Part shown: in pieces, positions 38,238 to 45,258 of the stretch | Numbering within the stretch: position 1 is the first letter of the stretch | How the letters are laid out: every line of letters starts with the position of its first letter | Virus record (IMG/VR): IMGVR_UViG_3300032282_004923 | Coordinates: 1-56,314 of that record | Source: a virus | Taxonomy: Duplodnaviria; Caudoviricetes | DNA: 56,314 nucleotides | Strand: one strand, 5' to 3' | Program-made: the position numbers and the translations under genes | Notes under the pieces: model-generated | Told to the model about the DNA's origin: nothing | Databases searched by the model: none | What the model saw: the letters and a program-made list of their open reading frames with translations, nothing else

Positions 38238-38277
38238 AGGTCGCCTGCCCTTAGAACGGGGGTGGGCGACCTTTTTT
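38238..38277 (+). terminator. Intrinsic terminator
   Basis: AGGTCGCCTGCCC...GGGTGGGCGACCTTTTTT. Confidence 0.8.
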
Positions 38278-38814
38278 GCGTACCCGTAGAGGCATCTGTA
38301 AGGCTCGCAGAGGCGAGATAACCATTGCTTGCTCATATCCGTACCCCAACAACTACCGAGGGCTTTTGAGTCGCAGAGTAATCCAGTTGGGGTTTGTCTT
38401 CCACCACCGTCGTAGTAGTGAGAGGTGGGTCTGGCAGTCCCGACTGCCAGACCCAGATGTCCCAGTCTTCTGGGGGAAAGACGATGCGTGGGATTCGGAC
38501 ATTAAGTTTTTATAAAAACCAACTCAAAAAAACAAAAGTTTGACGAAAAAAGAAAAAAAACTTAAAAACTTTGAGGAAAAACTTGAAAAAGAACGAACGC
38601 TTCGCTAGGGTTTGCCCGTTTCGCCCGTGCGAGCGCGCGAGTCCCGTTGGAGCGGGTTTCCCCGCGGGACTACCCAGAGGCCCCCGGCCGCAGCTCGAGC
38701 TTAGGTTTGGCGGCCGCAGCTCGAGCTCGGATTATCAAACCAGGTGTGTCAAATGTCACTGTGTTGTTGCGCCTTATAGGCTGTACCATCTACCTCTTCT
38801 AAAGAAAGGTATCT

Positions 38815-39018
38815 ATGCCGGAGTTTTATCCGGAAGAAACCAAACACCAAAAGTCAAAAAGGTTTAGTAACTCATCAGGAAAGATGGTCAAAGCATTTAG
38901 CCACACAAAGTGTGGTCGGTGCGACACCATAATTGTTGAGGGAACAGAATGTGTTTGGCTTCGCAGTAAAGGTTGCTTCCATAAACAGGGCGAGTGCCCA
39001 CCCAAAGAAGACCGATGA
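38815..39018 (+). CDS. Small Zn-binding hypothetical protein
   Basis: CGRC..I..G...W.....H...C. Confidence 0.7.
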   Translation: MPEFYPEETKHQKSKRFSNSSGKMVKAFSHTKCGRCDTIIVEGTECVWLRSKGCFHKQGECPPKEDR

Positions 39019-39068
39019 CTATTTTAATTATCGTTCTCATTGCAGTAATAGTTGTAGCGATGTCCTAG
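39015..39068 (+). CDS. 17-aa hydrophobic micropeptide MTILIIVLIAVIVVAMS
   Basis: ATGA overlap; sits before terminator; paralogous. Confidence 0.7.
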   Translation: MTILIIVLIAVIVVAMS

Positions 39069-39093
39069 CCCCCCAAGGACATTGCTCTTACAG

Positions 39094-39129
39094 AAAGACC
39101 CCGTGCTAAAAAGTGCGGGGTTTTTCTTT
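39094..39129 (+). terminator. Intrinsic terminator
   Basis: ACCCCGTGC...GTGCGGGGTTTTTCTTT. Confidence 0.75.
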
Positions 39130-39571
39130 GTCTTCCGCCACCGTCGTAGTAGTAACTGCTCCCTTCGGAAGCCCCGCTTTCCGAAGGGAGTGTCGCTCAG
39201 CGCACGTTCGCCGTCGCTAAAAGGAACTTCGCAAAAAAAATAAAACTCAAAAACTTTGTTTTCTCGTCAAAAAAGTCAGAAAAAGAGAAAAAGTTGCGAA
39301 ACAAACTTGACAAATGAAAAAAACTTGTTATGTTGCTGGCTTGCGGGGGGGTGTGTCACAGTTTTGCCATCTTCCGCGCGGGAGCCCCGTTACTACTCTC
39401 GAGTAGTAACGGGACTATGAAGCCCTCAGCCAGAAACTTGCTGGGGCGAGGAACTGCGTTCTTTCTTTTCTTGCGTGTTGGCGGCTGCGTGAAAGTAAAA
39501 AAAGAAATGCTTGACTTTTGTTTGTGTGGGGTGTACCTTGTAAGCAGGTGGAGACCTACCCGAAAGGAACT

Positions 39572-39754
39572 ATGTACTACTTTGTGCGCTCTTGCGTGCG
39601 GTGGTTGTTTTGGACGGTCATAATCTCAGCATTTTGGCTCGCCATCATCACCTACACAAACAATTACACAGAAAAAATACCTGACTGTGAGTTAGGGCAT
39701 TTTCCGTGTGAAGCACCAACAACAATTTATGACCCATACGGAATGGGGGGGTAA
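39572..39754 (+). CDS. Small membrane protein, paralog of 35352..35561
   Basis: GAAAGGA RBS; upstream TTGACT-17-TACCTT promoter at 39511. Confidence 0.75.
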   Translation: MYYFVRSCVRWLFWTVIISAFWLAIITYTNNYTEKIPDCELGHFPCEAPTTIYDPYGMGG

Positions 39755-39810
39755 TGGAAATAGTAATAATCATTTTATCGGTAGCGTTTTTAGCAGTCTC
39801 AATCAGTTAG
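39754..39810 (+). CDS. 18-aa hydrophobic micropeptide MEIVIIILSVAFLAVSIS
   Basis: TAATG overlap, G-rich RBS, sits before terminator. Confidence 0.7.
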   Translation: MEIVIIILSVAFLAVSIS

Positions 39811-39818
39811 AAGCCAAT

Positions 39819-39854
39819 AAAAAAGGCGCACTCGTTACTGGGTGCGTCTTTTTT
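39819..39854 (+). terminator. Intrinsic (possibly bidirectional) terminator
   Basis: AAAAAAGGCGCACTC...GGGTGCGTCTTTTTT. Confidence 0.8.
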
Positions 39855-40034
39855 AGTGCTCAAAATCAACTGGACTTAGCAGTCCCGCTCGCTCCGTTAC
39901 AATCTTCCACTCATTACGCATTTTGCTACTTGGGGCTTTGCCTCCAAGAAAGCAAAAAACTTCATGTCGTTACAGATGTAACTTCGCTCGCAGTCTGCTC
40001 GTTCACTCTACGAGTGAACTTCGCAGCCCCGTTA

Positions 40035-40364
40035 TTAATCGTCTTGAGTCATACAGCGACTCTCACGTATGGCATCTCGCCGGCCCAAAAGAAGAACCGC
40101 TTTAGCTCCTGATTCGGTAATCATAAGGTTCTCGCCGTTTTCCGTTATGTAGCCCATCGAGACAAGCTTGTCCACGCCTTTGATAAAGTATTCCTTGCGT
40201 TTTGCCGTTGATGGGCGAAACTCAATGTATTCAGCGTAAGTGAACGGCTCATTACGGAATCGAGCGTAATAAAGGATGCGCTTAGGAGCGGAACGGTACG
40301 GAATTTCTCTCTTGGATATTCCGTAGTCTGGATAGCGAGTGCTGAACGAAGGTGATTTTCCCAT
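40035..40364 (-). CDS. Winged-helix-like hypothetical protein
   Basis: VDKLVSMGYI.......ITESG. Confidence 0.6.
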   Translation of the reverse strand: MGKSPSFSTRYPDYGISKREIPYRSAPKRILYYARFRNEPFTYAEYIEFRPSTAKRKEYFIKGVDKLVSMGYITENGENLMITESGAKAVLLLGRRDAIRESRCMTQDD

Positions 40365-40373
40365 CAGGGCATT

Positions 40374-40709
40374 CTATAGGGGTTTGTAGGGTTCCCACTC
40401 TTCGGTAGACCAATTTATCCAATCGATATTTGGGTCCCTACTATCGTCCCAGTATGTGCATATTTCACCAAGGAGCGTTGCTACTCGAGCTATCTCCGGG
40501 AAGTTCTTCGGAAGCTCTTCGTGTAAGTTCTCGAGCCACCCAGCGCACCATATCTCTTCCGAATAATAAGCCATGACACGAGGAAGCATCCATCGCATCA
40601 GACGCATCAGTTCATCAGGGCTAGCCACTCTATCCCACTTGGGGAAGCTAGATATTTCCGCCCAAGAGCGCGATACATCTTCCGGGTCGTAATACTTCTC
40701 TGTCGACAT
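40374..40709 (-). CDS. Hypothetical protein
   Basis: YSEEIWCAGWLENL motif. Confidence 0.65.
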   Translation of the reverse strand: MSTEKYYDPEDVSRSWAEISSFPKWDRVASPDELMRLMRWMLPRVMAYYSEEIWCAGWLENLHEELPKNFPEIARVATLLGEICTYWDDSRDPNIDWINWSTEEWEPYKPL

Positions 40710-40736
40710 AACCACACATGCTACTAGACTTACCGC

Positions 40737-42683
40737 ATGTCTATTGGCGCACTAACTCTTGCAGACGACCATCTTGTCCTTGACTTTCCGTATGACGCCG
40801 AACAGGTAGCTACTATAAAGCTCATACCAGGAGCAAAGTGGGACAAAGCATCAAGGGTATGGCGTGCGCCTATGTCGTCGCTCCCCGAAGTCCGTCAGTT
40901 TGCACAAGACCTCGGATTCACCATAGACACCGAAGTGCTCAAGTTTGACCTGCCCATGCCTCTGAATGAAGCCCGAGGGCTATACATGGACGGAGACTGG
41001 GTATATCTAAGCTTTGCCTATGACCCGGTACGCGTAAGGTCGGTAAAAACATTGCCTGGCGTCACTTGGCATTCACCGACCAAGGCATGGCGTGTCCCTT
41101 CTTCGGCGTTGCGTGATGCAATTGCTTGGGGTGACAAGTTTGGGCAGCCGATGGAAGATGGCTTGCGCGACAAGGCTGCAGTGATGATGGAAGAAAAAGC
41201 ATCAATCGTTGCATCTTCACGTGCCAAGGACGCAGATATAACTATTCCGACCCTTAATGGGAAGCTGCTCCCATATCAAAAGGCCGGCGTCTTCTATGCA
41301 TCAAATGCTCGTCGCTGTTTTATAGCCGATGACATGGGGTTAGGAAAGACAATGCAGGCCATAGCAACGTTGGAGTACGTGCAAGACTCGTACCCTGCCG
41401 TAATTACATGCCCGCCAACCCTGGTACTGAACTGGCGTGATGAAATAAACAAATGGTTACCGCACCGAACCGTTGCCATAGTCGCAAACCGTGCAGACTT
41501 TCCAGACAAAGGGACGTATGACGTTTTAATCGTCGGCTATTCAAATATTGACCATTGGCAAAACCAACTAAAAGGGCATCGGTCATACGTGTACGACGAG
41601 TCTCATTATGCAAAGACCCCATCAACTAAGCGCACTAAGGCTGCAATAAAGATGGCACGGTCTGCGCCGAAAGAAGGACTGGTTCTATGTTTAACGGGAA
41701 CACCCATCACTAACCGTCCAGCAGAGTACGCAAGCCAACTTGACATTCTTGGCCGACTCAACGGGTTTGGCGGACTATGGGGTTTCTACCGAAGGTACTG
41801 CGGCGCTTTCCGTGACAGGTTTGGGCAATGGCACATTGATGGGTCGTCTAACCTTGACGAACTAAATGACACCCTTCGCTCGTTGTGTTACATCCGGAGA
41901 ATAAAAGCCGATGTACTTCAAGAACTTGCACCGGTGCGGCACTCGAAAATTATCGTACCTACTAGTGCTGCGGGAATGAAAGAATACAAACAAGCCGAAG
42001 AAGACATTGTTGAATACCTTGTGGCGCGCGCGAAAGAAATAGCCAAAGAGCTTGGAGAGTCACCGTATTCCGCAGCTGTGCGCGCCAAGATACGAGCAGA
42101 ATCTAATGAGCATCTTGTGCGTATCTCTGTTCTTCGTCGCCTTGCAGCAAAAGCAAAGATGGAAGCAGTAACCGAATGGATTGACTCAAAGCTTGCTGGA
42201 GGAGACAAGGTTGTTATTGCCGCACATCACCGTGATGTTGTCGACAGTCTTGCAAATAAATACGGTGGGCTAAAGATACAAGGCGGCATGAATGCCGACG
42301 ATGTGCAAGAAGCCAAGCGACTATTTCAAACTGCATCTATCGACGAAGCACCCGTAATAGTTTTGTCAATGCAAGCAGCAAAAACAGGACACACACTAAC
42401 CGCAGCTCAAGATGTTCTATTCGTTGAACTTCCGTGGACACCCGCTGATGTTGACCAAACTTACTCGCGCTGCCATCGTTTAGGGCAAACAGGAAGCGTC
42501 ATGGCAACTTACATGCTTGCTAAAGACACTATAGATGAACGCATCTATGAGATGATTGAGTCCAAGCGAGATGTTGTGAACAAAGCCACCGAAGGCGGTG
42601 ATGTAGAATTGTCTGGAGGAGCATCTCAACTGGTGTTTGATTTCTTGAACGCCGGGTTAAAGAAAGAAGTTGACCGTGGATGA
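40737..42683 (+). CDS. SNF2-family helicase (HARP-like)
   Basis: ADDMGLGKT, DESH, LTGTPITN, GHTLT, Q...RCHRLGQ; N-terminal F.YD repeats. Confidence 0.92.
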   Translation: MSIGALTLADDHLVLDFPYDAEQVATIKLIPGAKWDKASRVWRAPMSSLPEVRQFAQDLGFTIDTEVLKFDLPMPLNEARGLYMDGDWVYLSFAYDPVRVRSVKTLPGVTWHSPTKAWRVPSSALRDAIAWGDKFGQPMEDGLRDKAAVMMEEKASIVASSRAKDADITIPTLNGKLLPYQKAGVFYASNARRCFIADDMGLGKTMQAIATLEYVQDSYPAVITCPPTLVLNWRDEINKWLPHRTVAIVANRADFPDKGTYDVLIVGYSNIDHWQNQLKGHRSYVYDESHYAKTPSTKRTKAAIKMARSAPKEGLVLCLTGTPITNRPAEYASQLDILGRLNGFGGLWGFYRRYCGAFRDRFGQWHIDGSSNLDELNDTLRSLCYIRRIKADVLQELAPVRHSKIIVPTSAAGMKEYKQAEEDIVEYLVARAKEIAKELGESPYSAAVRAKIRAESNEHLVRISVLRRLAAKAKMEAVTEWIDSKLAGGDKVVIAAHHRDVVDSLANKYGGLKIQGGMNADDVQEAKRLFQTASIDEAPVIVLSMQAAKTGHTLTAAQDVLFVELPWTPADVDQTYSRCHRLGQTGSVMATYMLAKDTIDERIYEMIESKRDVVNKATEGGDVELSGGASQLVFDFLNAGLKKEVDRG

Positions 42684-42855
42684 ATGGATGACCGATGAAG
42701 AGTGGGCAGCAGAACTCATATTGTTCGATTTGCTCAACAGCGGAGTGATAAAAACCATTGGGTTTGATAAAGATGGTGAAGCATTGATAATGCCAACATC
42801 AGAATTCATTCAAGGTCTACGCCAAAGTCTAGACTGGGACGATGGCGGAAATTAA
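42670..42855 (+). CDS. Hypothetical protein
   Basis: ORF bridging neighbouring genes. Confidence 0.55.
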   Translation: MTVDEWMTDEEWAAELILFDLLNSGVIKTIGFDKDGEALIMPTSEFIQGLRQSLDWDDGGN

Positions 42856-43288
42856 CAAAAAAAGTGCACCGCAGCATGAAGTCGTTGAGATTATTAAACA
42901 CGGTAGCTGGGGGCACGTTGAATACATCCACAAGCTAAAATGTGGACATGCCGAAGTGCGTAAACGCATTGCATCAACACCGCGTCTTGCTTGCACTAGT
43001 TGCGTTAAGGCTGCCGAAGCAACACATATGCTTTCTGAACTAGCGAAACCGCCAAGCGTCTATTTAGATTCAAGCGAAATACATGATGAAATTGCAATTG
43101 ATATCGCAAGCACCGAGCAAGACATCGCAAGATTGCGTGCTGCTATCGCTCTACGGTTGGGTATTGATTCTGATGCTATCGATATGATTGTCGATGAGAC
43201 TACAGATACGCCAACAATTGTTCAGGTAGTCATATTTATGGATGCATATCAGGCCATAGCCTTTGCTAATCAAGAATCTTCTGCCTGA
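42842..43288 (+). CDS. Hypothetical protein
   Basis: LKCGH...CTSC. Confidence 0.7.
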   Translation: MAEINKKSAPQHEVVEIIKHGSWGHVEYIHKLKCGHAEVRKRIASTPRLACTSCVKAAEATHMLSELAKPPSVYLDSSEIHDEIAIDIASTEQDIARLRAAIALRLGIDSDAIDMIVDETTDTPTIVQVVIFMDAYQAIAFANQESSA

Positions 43289-44400
43289 TTTATTTCTTGT
43301 TGAATTGTATACGCGCGCGTACCAGGGCCTATTGGGTTTACCGCAGTTATATGCAGTTCGTTGATTAACAGATTACGTATTAACCAATGCAACGGGTATG
43401 AACGAGGGTCTTTGAGGTGTTTCTTGCGGAACTCTGCGCAATAAGCAAGTGCACGCGTACGCAAACCAGGCGTAGCCATATTGTCCTCTACGCACTGTTT
43501 TACTCCCGCCCAACCATTGTCCGCATAGAACATAATCCTGCGCTCAAGGTTGTATGAGGGCCAGATGCGTCGTTGTGCATCAATATGAGGGAAGCACTCG
43601 TATAGCCGGTCATAGAACTCTGGTTCTGTAGCCACAACATCACCAATGCGCCGGATGGCCACAGCATGAAGCGGTATTCCAACCCGTGTGTTACTGCCCG
43701 TAAGGGCCGCACGGTCGTAGTACTCGCAGTATGGGGCATTGTGTTCTTCGGAAATGAACTTCAACACATCGTCGGTTGTCCAGTCATAGATTACCTTTGC
43801 AAAACGCAACGGGATATTCTTTTTCATTCGATAAGGAGTGACAATGTAGTTCTCGTGCAACTTCTGAACGCAAGAGCGGTAGCGAATCATCGATTCGTTT
43901 GCTCGCACACCAGTAATGAATGCAACCCGCCCTTGTTTGCCTTGCATTGTGTAATAATCAATAGACTGCGGGAGGGGAAGTGACGGGTCTAGTCCAAAGT
44001 GCTCAGCGCGTATTGCATACGACGGCATCTCGCGGACTAAACGTCCTTCAGAAGCGCGATATGGCGACCAAAGTAAGCAGTACTCGCGACGACCAAGCAC
44101 CCATATCTCTTGCCCTTGGGGAAGGCAATACCACTCCATGTCCACCCAGTCGTAGTTGCGGACTTCTTCCATAAACTTTATAACCGTTGGGCTAACCATC
44201 TCCTCGTCGCGAAAGATGACCTTGACTGGACCCAACCCGCGCTCTTCATGGATTTCTTTAGCAAGGTATAGAACTGCTGTTGAGTCTTTACCGCCAGAGA
44301 ACTGTACACAGACCGTGTCAAAAGTGTCGTAGACGTGCCGCATGCGTTCACGTGCTGCATCTACGCAGTTTATGTCTAGGAATAGGCGCTGACGAGTCAA
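43270..44400 (-). CDS. PAPS reductase-like PP-loop protein (IbrA-like)
   Basis: FSGGKDS, FRDEE, GVRANES..R, IYDWT.DDV; TTG start overlapping upstream stop. Confidence 0.85.
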   Translation of the reverse strand: MTRQRLFLDINCVDAARERMRHVYDTFDTVCVQFSGGKDSTAVLYLAKEIHEERGLGPVKVIFRDEEMVSPTVIKFMEEVRNYDWVDMEWYCLPQGQEIWVLGRREYCLLWSPYRASEGRLVREMPSYAIRAEHFGLDPSLPLPQSIDYYTMQGKQGRVAFITGVRANESMIRYRSCVQKLHENYIVTPYRMKKNIPLRFAKVIYDWTTDDVLKFISEEHNAPYCEYYDRAALTGSNTRVGIPLHAVAIRRIGDVVATEPEFYDRLYECFPHIDAQRRIWPSYNLERRIMFYADNGWAGVKQCVEDNMATPGLRTRALAYCAEFRKKHLKDPRSYPLHWLIRNLLINELHITAVNPIGPGTRAYTIQQEINQAEDS

Positions 44401-44816
44401 GAGACAACCATGGGCCATATGTATGCAGCAGACGGGTCATCTTCCCAACCAAACTGCGAGTAATACAGGCTATCTTTACGAAGAAGGTTTGAGCGGTGAG
44501 AGGAGTGGACTGCATTGTCACCCCACCATGACGGCATGTCTTTTATATCTGGAGCTCCAAGCTCAAGTATCTTGGCTTTTGTTGTGTCTTTGTATCCGCG
44601 CGCAATCCATTCATCACACATTGCTACGCCATACGCAATTAAACCTTGAGTATTGTTAGCCCACATACGAGATGCTGGATGCGTACTCCACCCGGCGGTT
44701 ATCCCAAGATTAGCGCGAAGTATTTGAAATGTTTCTACGCGCTGTTTGCCTAAGCGACGGTAGTCAAGGGCTGCAGCAGACGCAGCGATGTTTGAGTAAG
44801 GAACAAATGTTTGCAT
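44397..44816 (-). CDS. Pyrimidine-dimer DNA glycosylase family (MSMEG_6728-like)
   Basis: MQTFVPY...LDYRRLGKQRVE...HPA..MW...SHRSNLLRKD...YIWP. Confidence 0.85.
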   Translation of the reverse strand: MQTFVPYSNIAASAAALDYRRLGKQRVETFQILRANLGITAGWSTHPASRMWANNTQGLIAYGVAMCDEWIARGYKDTTKAKILELGAPDIKDMPSWWGDNAVHSSHRSNLLRKDSLYYSQFGWEDDPSAAYIWPMVVS

Positions 44817-44829
44817 TTTGTCTACTTTT

Positions 44830-45165
44830 CTAATCTTTATATGGAAGTAGCTGAACTTCACTGTCTGTATCGACCGGAGAATATACTTCTTCCGATTTGT
44901 TTAGTTTATCTTTAGCCAAGATATACGCAACCTGGAGAGCCGTTAATGGGTTTTCACGTGGACCGCTATTGAGCGCCCACATGGAATCTGCTGGCGCGGA
45001 CTTGTCTGCTTCTGGAAAGGCCAAACACCTCCACTCCCTGTTTTCGTAGGTGATGGCAAAGGCAAGTTTGTGCTTGGTGAACCACGTTCCGTACGTATGG
45101 AACTCGGAGCAACCGTCTCCGTATGGATAATCTGTGTGTTCTTCTGTTCCGTATATCAAGGGCAT
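44830..45165 (-). CDS. Hypothetical protein
   Basis: 111 aa ORF. Confidence 0.55.
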   Translation of the reverse strand: MPLIYGTEEHTDYPYGDGCSEFHTYGTWFTKHKLAFAITYENREWRCLAFPEADKSAPADSMWALNSGPRENPLTALQVAYILAKDKLNKSEEVYSPVDTDSEVQLLPYKD

Positions 45166-45258
45166 GTCCAGATGATACCCGTAAAAGATGGCTCTATAGC
45201 AAACAAGTCATCATCTGGGGCGAAAGTCTTTACTGATACAGTGTGCGAAGGTAACAAC

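Larger units (their letters stand above)
27124..38760. promoter_or_regulatory. Dispersed 16-bp palindromic operator TGTGWC-N4-GWCACA (CRP-like) upstream of sigma70-type promoters
   Basis: Copies at 27124, 31472, 31558, 31743, 33708, 33929, 35973, 36224, 37071, 37673 (weak), 38745; each 0 or 10 bp from the -35 position. Confidence 0.8.
24395..39145 (+). repeat. Dispersed polar 15-bp repeat TCWTCCRCCACCGTC, 14 copies
   Basis: Starts at 24395, 25094, 25938, 27454, 28186, 31633 (A at position 1), 32377, 33800, 34644, 36047, 36740, 37572, 38397, 39131; all on + strand, all intergenic. Confidence 0.95.

Noticed and set aside
38686-38727. GGCCGCAGCTCGAGCT direct repeat resembling a polylinker
   Set aside because: No other vector-like sequence; treated as part of the natural intergenic module.
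24395-39145. CRISPR array interpretation of the 15-mer repeats
   Set aside because: Repeats are too short, spacers are 0.7-3.4 kb and contain genes, and no cas genes are present.
24395-39413. Classical integron
   Set aside because: No tyrosine recombinase is seen, I did not recognise GTTRRRY/RYYYAAC attC ends, and the units carry their own promoters; kept only as an analogy.
31528-39623. Track ORFs crossing the repeat, hairpin and A-tract modules (e.g. 31528, 31569, 32266, 36648, 36886, 37451, 38276, 38571, 39330)
   Set aside because: They overlap promoters, terminators and repeats and lack an RBS; their shared STTVVV/HHRRSS strings are just translations of the DNA motif.
34914-39810. TAG readthrough or recoding of the micropeptides
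   Set aside because: TAG terminates many ordinary genes here, terminators follow directly, and no suppressor tRNA is seen.
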